Shown piece after piece: positions 30,198-41,146 of a DNA stretch of 64,000 bases. Numbering within the stretch: the first letter of the stretch is position 1; every line of letters starts with the position of its first letter. Made by a program: the position numbers and the translations under genes. Under the pieces are notes generated by a model. The model had not been told where the DNA came from, searched no databases, and worked only from the letters and a program-made list of their open reading frames with translations. The stretch lies in assembly GCA_963700985.1 (NCBI GenBank), contig OY969554.1, forward strand, positions 1,888,001 through 1,952,000. The letters run 5' to 3'. This stretch comes from an uncultured Chlamydiales bacterium (GTDB lineage: Bacteria; Chlamydiota; Chlamydiia; Chlamydiales; Rhabdochlamydiaceae).

Positions 30198-31282
30198 TTA
30201 ATTAGCCCAATGCGCCTGGATCATGGCGCCGCCTAGGCAGATCTCATCTTGGTAGAAGACGATCGATTGACGAGGCGTAACGGCGCGTTGAGGCTCAGGG
30301 AAACTGACGTGAACCATGTCCTGCTCAATTTTGGTGATTAAGCACTCTTGATCTTGTTGGCGGTAGCGCACCTTGGCTTTGCAGCGAAAGGGGAGCTTCG
30401 TTGGCGCAGCATTGACCCAGGAGACTTCAGTTGCGATCAAACTTGGAGAGTAAAGGGCGGGATGATCTTTGCCCTGCTCGACGAACACGATATTGCGCGC
30501 TATATCTTTGGCCACCACGAACCAGGCGTCGCCAGCGCCGCCGATGCCCAAACCTTTTCGTTGACCCAGCGTGTAATAAGCCACGCCATCGTGCTCACCT
30601 ACTACTTTGCCCTCAAGTGTTTGGAAGGGGCCTTTATGATAGGCGACGTAACGGCTGATGAACGATTTAAAATCGCGCTTACCGATGAAACAGATACCCG
30701 TGCTATCTTTTTTTTCTGCCGTGGCAAGCTGAGCTTTTTTAGCTAGTATGCGCACCTTTTTTTTTCGAGACTGCCAATAGGAAAGAGTATCGAAGGCAAA
30801 AGCTCTTGCTTCAATGTATAAAGGAAATAACTCTGGTCTTTTTGTGGATCATTGCCTTTAAGCAGAGTTAAATTCTGCGCGTCGATGCGGCAATAGTGAC
30901 CCGTAGCAAGAAAATCCGCTCCTAATGCACGTGCCTTATCTAGCAGAAGTTTAAACTTGATCTCGCGGTTGCATAAGATGTCTGGATTAGGTGTATATCC
31001 CTGTTTAAGCTCAGCTAAAAAATGCGTGAAGACATGATCCCAATACTCTTGAGCAAAATTAACTGAATAGTAGGGAATAGCTAGTTGATCGCAGACTCTG
31101 ACCACATCTTCATAATCTTGTACAGAGTGGCAAACGCCGCTGCCATCTTCCTCTTCCCAATTTTTCATGTAGAGGCCAATCACCTCATACCCTTGTTGTT
31201 TGAGCAGAAAAGCAGCAACGGAAGAGTCAACCCCTCCTGACATGCCGATAACGACTTTTTTCTTTGATTCGGTTTTAGCCAT
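30198..31282 (-). CDS. mnmA: tRNA 2-thiouridylase MnmA, split by a frameshift in an A9 run (30757-30765)
   Basis: [25 protein letters not shown] and KDQSYFL are in the 5' [24 protein letters not shown] and [11 protein letters not shown] are in the 3' ORF. Adding one A joins them. Confidence 0.93.
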
Positions 31283-31284
31283 AT

Positions 31285-31893
31285 TTATTTCAAAAGAAAG
31301 TGTGCCATAGAAACGCCATTATTTAACATATGGGCAGTTGAGGGAGCAACGATATCACCACTAATTTCCCGCAGGGCAGCAAAGACGCACCCCATGAGTC
31401 CTGTAATAAGAAAGATAGGAAGATTTGTCCATCCTTGAAATGGAGAGAGATGCGCGGCTCCAAAGAGCGTACCATTGACGAGAGTGCGCATCAAAGGGTT
31501 ATTTATGTTTTGCTGCAAGCAGCCGTGCAAAACTTCACGGAACATGAACTCTTCTATGATCGGCCCAATAATCACAATGTAAACTAAAAAAACTGTAAGT
31601 AAAAGTGCGCTTAAAGGGGGTGGCAAAACTGCCATGGATGTCCAAATTGCTATTACATCTTGTGAAGCAGTGAGCTCTATGCCCCAGGAGTTCATCAGAT
31701 TTTCAATGGCATATTCGGCCCAATTAAAAAGCGGAATGGAGATGAGAAAGACCAGCGCGCCTAAAGCCACGCGTTGGATAGTTTCCCAAGCTGAGTTTTG
31801 TGAAACAACATTTGCAAACTCGTTTAACCCGTCCTCACATAATTTAGGAATGCAGGCTACTATAGGATTTTGTAAGGCCGCAGCTACTGCCAT
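31285..31893 (-). CDS. CPBP-family (type II CAAX protease-like) intramembrane metalloprotease
   Basis: Motifs EEFMFR, FGAAH and HMLNN, with several TM segments. Confidence 0.88.
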   Translation of the reverse strand: MAVAAALQNPIVACIPKLCEDGLNEFANVVSQNSAWETIQRVALGALVFLISIPLFNWAEYAIENLMNSWGIELTASQDVIAIWTSMAVLPPPLSALLLTVFLVYIVIIGPIIEEFMFREVLHGCLQQNINNPLMRTLVNGTLFGAAHLSPFQGWTNLPIFLITGLMGCVFAALREISGDIVAPSTAHMLNNGVSMAHFLLK

Positions 31894-31988
31894 AATATAT
31901 TTCTCCAATAATAAATGAAGAACTATAGCATTATTATTGTTTAATATGAGAACATAAAATATTTAATACAAAACATAACAAGTGTGGC

Positions 31989-34508
31989 ATGAGAGTATCC
32001 AAATTCTGGCACGTAGAAGAAAAGGAAATTTTAGAACAGCTGCGTACCACAGCCGCAGGGCTTTCTTCGATAGACGCTCAAAAACGTCTTAAGCAGTTTG
32101 GTAAAAATCTTCTCAAATCTAAAAAAGAAATTACCGATTTTTCGCTCTTTTTATCTCAATTTAAAAGCCCGCTGATTCTGCTTCTACTTGGAGCTGCCGT
32201 ATTCTCTTTTTTTCTGCACGATCGGATCGATTCTACAATTATTTTTATCATTGTGGTTGCCAGCGGCCTATTAGGTTTTTTCCAAGAGCGAAAAGCAGTA
32301 AAGGCAACAGAAAAATTGCTTGCAATCGTGAAGATCAGAAGCAGTGTTCTGCGCGATGGAAAAAGAAAAGAGGTGGGGGTTGAAAAGCTCGTGCCTGGTG
32401 ATGTGATCTATTTGAGCGCCGGCGATACTATTCCCGCCGATTGCCGTTTGCTTGAAGCGAAAGATTTTTTTGTCGACGAAGCGGCCTTAACCGGTGAGCC
32501 TTTGCCTGTCGAAAAGAAAATGAGTTTAATTGATGAAGCTGCACCACTGGCTAAACGGAAGAATGTACTCTTTATGGGCAGCCACGCGATTTCAGGATCT
32601 GCCAAGGCTGTAATTGTTTTAACGGGGAAAGAGACCGAATTTGGCAAGATTTCAAGTCGACTACAAATTAAATCACCCGAGACAGCTTTTGAAATAGGTA
32701 TTCGCCATTTTGGTTATTTTCTGATGCAGGTCACGCTCGTTCTGGTAATCGTGATCTTTGTAGTTAACATCTTTCTGCACAAACCCATCCTCCTCTCCTT
32801 TTTATTTGCCTTAGCTTTAGCCGTCGGCCTCACTCCTCAGCTTCTGCCTGCCATTATCAGCATCAATTTAGCGCATGGCGCAACGCAGATGGCGCGAAGA
32901 CGTGTGATTGTTAAAAAGCTCTCTTCGATTGAAAATTTTGGCAGCATGACTGTGCTGTGTGTGGATAAAACAGGGACGCTTACGCAAGGCAGAATGGATC
33001 TTCAGCTAGCGGGAGATATCACAGGCCAAGCCTCCCAGAAAACTCTGCTTTTTGCACTTCTAAATGCTTCGATGCAAACAGGGTATCTCAACCCTCTTGA
33101 TACAGCGATTATCCGCGCCGCGAACCTCGATACTTCTAAATGGAAGAAGCTCGATGAGTATCCTTACGACTTCATTCGCAAACGCCTGACTATTTTAGCC
33201 GGCTTGAATGGAGAATCGGTCATGATCACCAAAGGCGCATTTGCCCAAATGCTTACTGTTTGTTCTCAAGCAGAACAGCAAGGGGGACGCATCGTACCTC
33301 TCGAAGAGGTGAAAGATCAACTTCAGATGCAATTTGAAGAATATGGCAAAAAGGGCATTCGCACTTTGGGGCTGGCCTATCGTCCAATGGGATCTAAGAA
33401 TTCTATTTCTCATGAAGATGAAAAAGAGATGATCTTTTTAGGCTTTCTTCTTTTTTTTGATCCGCCTAAAGCGGGGATAAAAGAGACGATTTTCAAATTG
33501 AAAGAGTGTGGCATTACCCTGAAAGTAATCAGCGGGGATAATAGACTTGTAGCCGCGCACGTGGCCGACGAGGTGGGTCTTTCTTCTAAGCAAATTCTAA
33601 CCGGTGCAGAGATCAGTGAGCTGAGCGATCCAGCGCTTTTGAGAAAAGTGCACGACATTGAGATTTTTGCTGAAGTCGAGCCCAATCAGAAAGAGCGCAT
33701 TATTTTAGCCCTGCGTAAAAACGGTGAGACGGTAGGCTTTTTGGGAGATGGCATCAACGATGCAACGGCAATCCATACAGCCGATGTGGGTATTTCTGTG
33801 GAAAGCGCGGTGGACGTAGCAAAAGAAGTGGCTGATATTGTGCTGCTATCCAAAGATCTCTCAGTGCTTTTAACAGGTGTCAAAGAAGGCAGAAAAACTT
33901 TTTCCAACACCATGAAGTATATTTTCATGGCAACCAGTGCCAACTTCGGCAATATGTTTAGTATGGCCGGATCCTCGCTCTTTTTACCTTTTCTACCACT
34001 GCTTCCTAAACAGATCTTACTCACCAATTTGCTCACCGATTTTCCAGAAATGTCCATCGCAACGGATAGCGTAGATGAAGAGGTGGTAGAAAAACCTGTG
34101 CGTTGGGATCTTCAGTTTATCCGCAGGTTTATGATTGTTTTTGGTTTGATTAGTTCGTTCTTCGACTTTTTAACTTTTGGCGTGCTGCTTTTTATACTGA
34201 AAGCATCTCCAGATGAATTTAGGACAGGTTGGTTCGTTGAATCGGTAATCTCCGCCTCATCTATCGTGCTGATAATTCGCACTTTTCGCCGCTTTTATCG
34301 CTCTAGACCGAGCATCTACCTACTCTTTGCGGTGCTAGCCATCATCGCCTTAACTTGCGCATTGCCGTTTATGTCTATTAGTAAGCTTTTTAGCTTTACC
34401 AGACTTCCACTCATTTTTTACATCGCCGTGGCAGCCATTACAATCGCGTATATTATTAGCGTTGAAATCGCAAAGCACTTCTTCTTTAAGAAGCAGAGAA
34501 AGATTTAA
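31989..34508 (+). CDS. mgtA: Mg2+-importing P-type ATPase
   Basis: Motifs LTGE, AVGLTPQLLP, DKTGTLT, PYDFIRKR, GDGINDA and SANFGNMFS. Confidence 0.93.
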   Translation: MRVSKFWHVEEKEILEQLRTTAAGLSSIDAQKRLKQFGKNLLKSKKEITDFSLFLSQFKSPLILLLLGAAVFSFFLHDRIDSTIIFIIVVASGLLGFFQERKAVKATEKLLAIVKIRSSVLRDGKRKEVGVEKLVPGDVIYLSAGDTIPADCRLLEAKDFFVDEAALTGEPLPVEKKMSLIDEAAPLAKRKNVLFMGSHAISGSAKAVIVLTGKETEFGKISSRLQIKSPETAFEIGIRHFGYFLMQVTLVLVIVIFVVNIFLHKPILLSFLFALALAVGLTPQLLPAIISINLAHGATQMARRRVIVKKLSSIENFGSMTVLCVDKTGTLTQGRMDLQLAGDITGQASQKTLLFALLNASMQTGYLNPLDTAIIRAANLDTSKWKKLDEYPYDFIRKRLTILAGLNGESVMITKGAFAQMLTVCSQAEQQGGRIVPLEEVKDQLQMQFEEYGKKGIRTLGLAYRPMGSKNSISHEDEKEMIFLGFLLFFDPPKAGIKETIFKLKECGITLKVISGDNRLVAAHVADEVGLSSKQILTGAEISELSDPALLRKVHDIEIFAEVEPNQKERIILALRKNGETVGFLGDGINDATAIHTADVGISVESAVDVAKEVADIVLLSKDLSVLLTGVKEGRKTFSNTMKYIFMATSANFGNMFSMAGSSLFLPFLPLLPKQILLTNLLTDFPEMSIATDSVDEEVVEKPVRWDLQFIRRFMIVFGLISSFFDFLTFGVLLFILKASPDEFRTGWFVESVISASSIVLIIRTFRRFYRSRPSIYLLFAVLAIIALTCALPFMSISKLFSFTRLPLIFYIAVAAITIAYIISVEIAKHFFFKKQRKI

Positions 34509-34520
34509 TTTGAGAAGTTT

Positions 34521-35462
34521 CTAGGCTCGATGTCTAGAGGCATTTAAGGTGACATGATAGGTAAGATCGATCATGTCTGGGACGCGCACCTGCAAGTTGC
34601 GATCAAGACACGTATTATCTTGGAAGAGATCGATCCCTGTGAGTTCGTAGATCTCACGTACTTTGGGTTGCTTCATAAACGCGTTTTTCTGAATCTCCGT
34701 AAGAGAGCTGTTTTCAACCAGAAACTCTAAGTCACAAGAGGATTCAGGGTAGGCTTTCTTCACTTTGATAAGTCTCATACCATATGCATCTAATGTCTGT
34801 ACGAGCTCAGCCATTAATTGGGAAGTGTGAGCCAGCGCGAAGGCTTGTTCCATAGATTTACCCTGTACAAGAAGAGCATGCACGACATCCACAACTGTCT
34901 GCGGATTCATAGAGCTTGAAGTGATTCTTTTTACATTCTCTTTCGTCATGCCCATTCTATCAATGAGAAGCTTGGTCAAGACTTTTCCTGTTGGAATACC
35001 CTTATCAGAAAGCCAACAATCTGGATTGCCTATCTTGATCCAAACAGGAAGATCTCCTCGATAGCTAGCATCGATGCGGCAAGTCTCGGTTTTTTTATGA
35101 TAACTAAAGCAAAAAAGCGCATTTGCTTTTTGCGATACGAGTTTGGCCTGCACATGATGAGCATCGATCTCTATTTCTATCTCGGTGAGTTTGTATCCTT
35201 TGTATTTAAAATCGATGGGAAGAGGATTTTCAGAAGGCTTAAAGAGATTTTTTAAGCTTTTAAAGCTTCTCATCAGACGAACCGGTTCTTCGCAGGTGAT
35301 ATCGATGTTTAAGAGAAATTTCAACATCTTACGTGCAGAAAGCAGCGTCCTGTCAGCCTTTTCTCCTAAGTATTCAAGCACAACAGTGCTAGGAGTTCCT
35401 CTGATAAGAGGAAAAAGAGCTTGCTTTACAGGAAGAAGATTGGGTGCGCTAATAGATGCCAT
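34521..35462 (-). CDS. Hypothetical protein, tandem paralog 3 of 3
   Basis: Shares NPLPIDF, RGDLPVWIKxGNPxCWLS and AFALAHTSQL with the next two ORFs. Confidence 0.85.
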   Translation of the reverse strand: MASISAPNLLPVKQALFPLIRGTPSTVVLEYLGEKADRTLLSARKMLKFLLNIDITCEEPVRLMRSFKSLKNLFKPSENPLPIDFKYKGYKLTEIEIEIDAHHVQAKLVSQKANALFCFSYHKKTETCRIDASYRGDLPVWIKIGNPDCWLSDKGIPTGKVLTKLLIDRMGMTKENVKRITSSSMNPQTVVDVVHALLVQGKSMEQAFALAHTSQLMAELVQTLDAYGMRLIKVKKAYPESSCDLEFLVENSSLTEIQKNAFMKQPKVREIYELTGIDLFQDNTCLDRNLQVRVPDMIDLTYHVTLNASRHRA

Positions 35463-35479
35463 TTTTATTACATGTTAAA

Positions 35480-36409
35480 TTAAGGAGTGACTCGGTACAT
35501 CAAATTGATATAGTCAGGAACCCGCACCTGTTTTTGAGGTTGAAGACCTGTGTTATCTTGAAAAAGGTCGATGCCTGTAAGCGCGTAAATTTCATGCACT
35601 TTAAGCTGTTTTTTAAATGCTTCTCTTTGTGCATCGGTAAGCTCGCTATTTTCTAGAAGATATCCAAGCTCACAATAACTGCCGCGATAGCTTTGCTGTA
35701 CCGAGATTAGGTGCACAGCGCTTGCTTCTAATGTCTGTCCAAGTTCTGCATTCAATTGAGAAGTATGCGCCAGTGCAAAAGCTTGCGGAAGCGATTTACC
35801 CTGCACTAGCAGCGCATGTGCTGCATCAACGACGGTTTGGGGATTTACCGAGCCAGAAGTAATAGTTTTTACATTCTCTTTTGTCAACCCGAGCTTATCC
35901 ATGAGAAGCTTAGTAATCATTTTTGCAGTAGGAACGCCTTTTTCGGGAGACAGCCAGCATTCAGGATTGCCCGCCTTTATCCAAACAGGTAGATCGCCAC
36001 GGTATAAGAGTTTGACGTCACAGATCTGTGTCTTTTTGTTATAACTCATCCTGAATCGCGCATTAGCTTCGCTCACAGCCAAAGTAGCGTTTAAAAGATT
36101 TGGATCAGGTGCAAAAAAAGTTCCAGAAGAGGTCTCTATCTCTTCGCATGTGTAGCCCTTATGCTGAAAATCAATGGGTAAAGGGTTTGTAGAATGAGTA
36201 AAGAGTCCTTTTAAGCTTTTATGTCCTCGCACGATAGGAATAGGTTCTGCGCAGGTTAGATCAAGAGTGATGAGAGTACTTAAAACGCTCAAAGCCTTAC
36301 GCTGCGTAGCCTCATCTTCTACTCCAAGATAATTCAGCGTTAACGTAGAGGCTTTCACTTGAACTAAGGGAAAAAGAACGCTTCTGACTGTTTGGCAAAT
36401 AGATGTCAT
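35480..36409 (-). CDS. Hypothetical protein, tandem paralog 2 of 3
   Basis: Same conserved blocks as its neighbours; 309 aa. Confidence 0.85.
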   Translation of the reverse strand: MTSICQTVRSVLFPLVQVKASTLTLNYLGVEDEATQRKALSVLSTLITLDLTCAEPIPIVRGHKSLKGLFTHSTNPLPIDFQHKGYTCEEIETSSGTFFAPDPNLLNATLAVSEANARFRMSYNKKTQICDVKLLYRGDLPVWIKAGNPECWLSPEKGVPTAKMITKLLMDKLGLTKENVKTITSGSVNPQTVVDAAHALLVQGKSLPQAFALAHTSQLNAELGQTLEASAVHLISVQQSYRGSYCELGYLLENSELTDAQREAFKKQLKVHEIYALTGIDLFQDNTGLQPQKQVRVPDYINLMYRVTP

Positions 36410-36430
36410 AATTATCTTATAGTTAATAAA

Positions 36431-37369
36431 TTAAGGGGTGACGCGATAAACCAGATCGATAAGGTCTGGCACGCGTACGTGCTTATTCGGCAATACTTTT
36501 GCGTTGTCTTGGAATAGATCCACTCCAGTGAGCTGGTAGATTTCAACCACTTTAGGCTGCTTTCTAAATGCTTCTTTCTGAACACGAGTAAGCTCGCTGC
36601 TCTCTAGGAGATCTTCCATGGTGCAATAACTGTCTGGATAGGATTTTTTCACTGAGACAAGATGCACAGAGCGTGCGTCTAATGTTTGTCCAAGTTCTGC
36701 GTTCAATTGAGAAGTATGCGCCAGAGCAAAAGCTTTAGGCATTGATTGACCTTGCACAAGCAGCGCGTGCACGACATCAACAACGGTTTGAGCATTCTCA
36801 GAGCAGGATTTAATATCTTTTACGTTTTTTTTGGTCAGGCCGAGCTTATCCATGAGAAGCTTAGTCATCACTTTTCCTGTTGGAACGCCTTTTTCAGCAG
36901 AGAGCCAACAAGCGGGATTACCAACTTTTATCCAGACGGGAAGATCGCCTCGGAATGTAAGGTTAACTTCGCAGGTCTGCGTCTTTTTATTATAACTCAT
37001 CATGAATCGCGCATGAGCTTCGCTCACCGTGAGCATTAGGGATTGCTGATCGCGATTTGAGGTAAAGGGCCCCATAGTGCTCTGTATTTTTTCGAGTTTG
37101 TAACCCTTGTATTTGAAATCAATAGGAAGAGGGTTTTCAGAGGGCTTAAAGAGCTCTTTTAAACTGATATGGCTTCGGGCTACTTGCACAAGTTCTTTGC
37201 AGGTAAAATCGACAGCCATGAGATCTTTTAAAACTCGAAGAGCCATAACTTGGGTCGTTTCAGCATCTTCACCTAAGTAACTCAAGACAAGCGTAGATGC
37301 TTTTCCCTGAATGAGTGGAAAAAGAATCTGTTTAACCGAAAAAAGAGGAGTAAAGCTAATTGATGTCAT
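36431..37369 (-). CDS. Hypothetical protein, tandem paralog 1 of 3
   Basis: Same conserved blocks; 312 aa; AT-rich upstream region. Confidence 0.85.
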   Translation of the reverse strand: MTSISFTPLFSVKQILFPLIQGKASTLVLSYLGEDAETTQVMALRVLKDLMAVDFTCKELVQVARSHISLKELFKPSENPLPIDFKYKGYKLEKIQSTMGPFTSNRDQQSLMLTVSEAHARFMMSYNKKTQTCEVNLTFRGDLPVWIKVGNPACWLSAEKGVPTGKVMTKLLMDKLGLTKKNVKDIKSCSENAQTVVDVVHALLVQGQSMPKAFALAHTSQLNAELGQTLDARSVHLVSVKKSYPDSYCTMEDLLESSELTRVQKEAFRKQPKVVEIYQLTGVDLFQDNAKVLPNKHVRVPDLIDLVYRVTP

Positions 37370-37537
37370 TTAGTTGTAATTAGTTAATTTGTTAAATATA
37401 TTTTATATTAATATACTTAATAAGTCAATTTTTTAATTAACATATATTATTATATAAAGTCTTTATAATTAGGTATTTAAGCTTTAGAAAAGTTTGGGAA
37501 TGGGCTGATAAAGCAAAAATTGCTATGCTTTTGCCCT

Positions 37538-38080
37538 ATGACAAAACCTATAAGCTCTTTAAGTCTTCTTCCGAATGATGCCCTTGTGCGCATTGCTGCG
37601 TTTTTATTGCCAGAAACGGACCAGCCTGCTTTTTTAGAAGAAACGGGTGACGCTGCAGTTATCGAAGATGTTTATAGAGAAAAATGCAATCTCTTGAATC
37701 CAGTTTGGAAGCATTACAAGAGCTTATTTAATGTAAAGGTTGACTCGTCTGCACGCGATACTCCGTCAAAAAGATACTCGGCAATTCTTCTATGCCTCAA
37801 TACCCCCCTTCCACATCTAGGCGCCCTGATTCATCATTTTGCTAAAGAGGGTGAAGAGAAGGGCGTAAGAGCTCTAATTCGTGGCGGGTGCAATCTGAAT
37901 ATTCAAGATCATTTTCAAAGAACTGCTTTGCATTGGGCTGCTGCGAATGGCCACACAATTGTGATTGAGATTTTAGTCCAAGCGGGCGCAAATCAGACGC
38001 TGCTTGATAAGAACGGAAAAGACTATAAGCAAATCTTTTCCGTTTCTAATTCAGCCCCTCTATTGTCTATTTTTCAATAG
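37538..38080 (+). CDS. Ankyrin-repeat protein with N-terminal F-box-like motif
   Basis: [16 protein letters not shown] is F-box-like. [25 protein letters not shown] is an ankyrin repeat. Confidence 0.75.
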   Translation: MTKPISSLSLLPNDALVRIAAFLLPETDQPAFLEETGDAAVIEDVYREKCNLLNPVWKHYKSLFNVKVDSSARDTPSKRYSAILLCLNTPLPHLGALIHHFAKEGEEKGVRALIRGGCNLNIQDHFQRTALHWAAANGHTIVIEILVQAGANQTLLDKNGKDYKQIFSVSNSAPLLSIFQ

Positions 38081-40604
38081 GAGGAGTTGACGTTGCGAGT
38101 GGAGTTTTAGCATCCAGCCCTACAATTCCCTGATCGAGAAAGACGAACTTGTCACCCTCAACAGAGACGAGCCAACTGCCGCCTTTGCCCGGATTCATCA
38201 AGAGTTTTTCGGCCAGAGAATCTTCAAGCTGCTGTTCGATCACGCGGCGTAAAGGCCGAGCGCCCATTTCTGGCTGGAAACCTTTAATAACGAGCAGTTC
38301 CTTGGCTTTGTCGTCCAAAGTAATCAGAACGTTTTTGCGGGCCAGACGTTTTTGCAGCTTTTTGAGCTCGAGGTCGATCACGTTGAAGAGATGAGAGCGA
38401 TCGAGCGGTCTGAAGATCACCACGCCGTCGAGACGGTTGATGAATTCTGGTTTAAAGCCTTTTCTGACAGCCCCTTCGATCTTCTCTTGCATCGACTTAA
38501 AGTCGGGCAAGCCTTCAGTTGCTCCGAAGCCCATTTCAGACGAACGACGGATAAGGTCGGCGCCCAAGTTGGAAGTCATGATGATGATGGTATTGCGGAA
38601 GTCGACCTTGCGGCCGAAAGCATCCGTCAAGCGACCTTCTTCCAGAATCTGGAGGAGGAGGTTCATCACATCTGGGTGCGCTTTTTCAACTTCGTCAAAG
38701 AGAACAACTGAATAAGGACGCTGCCGTACTTGTTCGGTGAGCTGGCCGCCTTCTTCGTGGCCGACATATCCAGGAGGTGAGCCGGTCATACGCGTGACGG
38801 CAAACTTCTCCATGTATTCGGACATATCCACTTGGATAAGCGCATCTTCTCCACCAAACATGTTGATGGCAAGCTGCTTGGCCAAGAGGGTTTTACCCAC
38901 ACCCGTTGGGCCTAAGAATAAGAAGGCACCAATCGGACGATTTGGATCTTTGATGTCAGCGCGGCTGCGACGAATGGCGCGGCATACACTGTTGACCGCA
39001 TCATCTTGCCCAATGATCGTAGCTTTGAGCGACTCTTCCATTTTCAATACTTTTTCAGTCTCACCCTCAGTCAAGCGGGTAAGTGGGATGCCCGTCAGTT
39101 TTGCAACGATATTCGCGACTTCTTCTTCATCGACAATCACCTGATGTTCTTCTTTCTTGCTCTCCCACTCAGTGCGTATCAGTTGCAGGCGGTCTCTTAA
39201 AGTTTTCTCTTTATCGCGCAATTTGGCGGCTTTCTCATACTCTTGCTTATTGATCGCTTCTTCTTTAGCTAATCTGACCTCTTCGATCTCAGCTTCATAT
39301 TTAGTGATATCTTGAGGCTGGTGCATCATTGCAATACGCGCTTTAGCACCCGCTTCATCGAGCAGATCGATCGCCTTATCAGGAAGAAATCTTCCTGTGA
39401 GGTAACGATCAGATAAGAAGACAGCGGCGTTAATCGCAGCGTCAGTATAGATACACTTATGGTGCTCCTCATATTTAGGCTTTAGGCCCATGAGGATCGA
39501 AGTCGTTTCAGTAATAGAAGGAGGCGCGACCAGTACTTTTTGGAAGCGTCTTTCTAGTGCGGCATCTTTCTCGATATGTTTGCGGTATTCATCGAGCGTA
39601 GTTGCGCCGATGCACTGGATTTCGCCGCGTGAAAGAGCCGGCTTCAAGATGTTCGAAGCATCGATAGCGCCTTCAGCTGCGCCAGCACCTACAATTGTGT
39701 GAAGTTCATCGATGAACAGCAGAATATTTCCATTCTTTTTGATCTCATCCATGACAGCTTTAATGCGCTCTTCAAACTGACCGCGGTATTTTGTGCCGGC
39801 AATCATCAATGTAAGATCGAGCGAGATTAAGCGTTTTTTAGCGAGGTTATCGGGCACTTCACCTTTTACGATCGCATGTGCTAGACCTTCAACAATCGCT
39901 GTTTTTCCCACGCCTGCTTCACCGATTAGCACCGGATTGTTTTTGCGGCGGCGGCAGAGGATTAGAATTAGACGTTCCACTTCTTCCTTACGCCCAATGA
40001 CGGGATCGAGTTTGCCTTCGCGGCAGAGCTCAGTTAGATCATGACCGTAAGCTTTAAGAGCTGGAGTTTTTTCGGTGATTTGCGCAGTTTTATCTTGCGG
40101 CTTGCCAGTAGGCGAAGGGCCTCCCGTAGCTCCACCAGACATTCCCATCGGCGGCAATTGGAGATTAAATGTCTCAAGTTCTTTGAGCACTTCTTTACGT
40201 ACATCTCTCAAGCTGATGTTGAGATTTTCCAACACCTGAGCTGCAACGCCATCAGTTTGACGCAAGAGGGCTAAGAGTAGATGCTCAGTTCCTACGTAGT
40301 TGTGGTTGAGTGCAGCCGCTTCTTCGTTGGCAAACTCGAAAACCTTTTTAACTTTTCCGGTGAGGGCAGGATCACCATAGACTTGAATTTCCGGACCGAA
40401 TCCGACAAGACGTTCGACTTCAGCACGCACGGTGTCGTAGTCGAGGTTGAAGTTCCTGAGAACATTAACCGCAATGCCCTGGCCGAGTTTAAGCAGTCCT
40501 AAAAGAACATGCTCAGTACCTAGGTAATTATGGTTAAGCCGTTGCGCCTCTTTCTTGGCGAGCTTAATGACTTGCTTGGCACGATTGGTGAATTTGTCGA
40601 ACAT
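38067..40604 (-). CDS. clpC: ATP-dependent Clp protease ATP-binding subunit ClpC
   Basis: Clp-N repeats, two Walker A motifs ([16 protein letters not shown]), UVR motif [10 protein letters not shown] and MGF loop. Confidence 0.97.
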   Translation of the reverse strand: MFDKFTNRAKQVIKLAKKEAQRLNHNYLGTEHVLLGLLKLGQGIAVNVLRNFNLDYDTVRAEVERLVGFGPEIQVYGDPALTGKVKKVFEFANEEAAALNHNYVGTEHLLLALLRQTDGVAAQVLENLNISLRDVRKEVLKELETFNLQLPPMGMSGGATGGPSPTGKPQDKTAQITEKTPALKAYGHDLTELCREGKLDPVIGRKEEVERLILILCRRRKNNPVLIGEAGVGKTAIVEGLAHAIVKGEVPDNLAKKRLISLDLTLMIAGTKYRGQFEERIKAVMDEIKKNGNILLFIDELHTIVGAGAAEGAIDASNILKPALSRGEIQCIGATTLDEYRKHIEKDAALERRFQKVLVAPPSITETTSILMGLKPKYEEHHKCIYTDAAINAAVFLSDRYLTGRFLPDKAIDLLDEAGAKARIAMMHQPQDITKYEAEIEEVRLAKEEAINKQEYEKAAKLRDKEKTLRDRLQLIRTEWESKKEEHQVIVDEEEVANIVAKLTGIPLTRLTEGETEKVLKMEESLKATIIGQDDAVNSVCRAIRRSRADIKDPNRPIGAFLFLGPTGVGKTLLAKQLAINMFGGEDALIQVDMSEYMEKFAVTRMTGSPPGYVGHEEGGQLTEQVRQRPYSVVLFDEVEKAHPDVMNLLLQILEEGRLTDAFGRKVDFRNTIIIMTSNLGADLIRRSSEMGFGATEGLPDFKSMQEKIEGAVRKGFKPEFINRLDGVVIFRPLDRSHLFNVIDLELKKLQKRLARKNVLITLDDKAKELLVIKGFQPEMGARPLRRVIEQQLEDSLAEKLLMNPGKGGSWLVSVEGDKFVFLDQGIVGLDAKTPLATSTPPIEK

Positions 40605-40869
40605 ACTCTTACCCCGCTGTTGACCTTATTCTATTCATCGCTTCCTTTTTTTTGCAAACTACAGGAAGTATAACATAGTTTGTAAAAATAATATTTTAAA
40701 ACTAACTAATTTATTATCTTAATACATAATAATTATATCATAATTATAGTTGTATTTTAATTGATTAACAAAAAATTTATGCGTGCAGGTTTATTGGACA
40801 GAAAATCATCCAAGCCAGCGGTCAATCCTTAGTATCCAAATCTTTTCCTTTTCTTTCTTTGCCTCTTTT

Positions 40870-40897
40870 TTCATACTTCATCCTTCAGCTTTCATAC
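40870..40897 (+). repeat. Degenerate heptamer tandem repeat, 4 units
   Basis: TTCATAC TTCATCC TTCAGCT TTCATAC. Confidence 0.6.
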
Positions 40898-40915
40898 TTT
40901 TTAAGGGGGCATTAT

Positions 40916-41146
40916 ATGGATCAGATTTCTGCAGGAGAACTCTTTCAACATTACAAGGGAAAAAGGTATAAGATTCTGGCAGTGGGCCGCCATAGCGAGG
41001 ATTTAGAGCCTTATGTGGTCTACCAAGGTCAGTACCTCTGTGAGAGCTTTGGTGATAAGCCTGTTTGGGTGCGGCCATTGAAAATGTTTTTTGAATCGGT
41101 TGAATACAACGGACAGCAGATGCAACGATTTACAAAATGCAGCTAA
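40916..41146 (+). CDS. DUF1653-domain protein
   Basis: Pattern HYKGKRY, HSED...VVYQ, WVRPLKMF, RF. Confidence 0.85.
   Translation: MDQISAGELFQHYKGKRYKILAVGRHSEDLEPYVVYQGQYLCESFGDKPVWVRPLKMFFESVEYNGQQMQRFTKCS

Noticed and set aside
31285-31893. Functional link between the CPBP (CAAX) protease and the CaaX-ending MORN protein
   Set aside because: They are 22 kb apart, CPBP proteases are widespread in bacteria, and CaaX processing would take place in the host.
38149-40502. Many antisense ORFs over clpC
   Set aside because: Typical shadow ORFs of a conserved, codon-biased gene.
40870-40897. Heptamer tandem repeat as a functional array
   Set aside because: Only four degenerate units and no associated gene; kept as a feature only.
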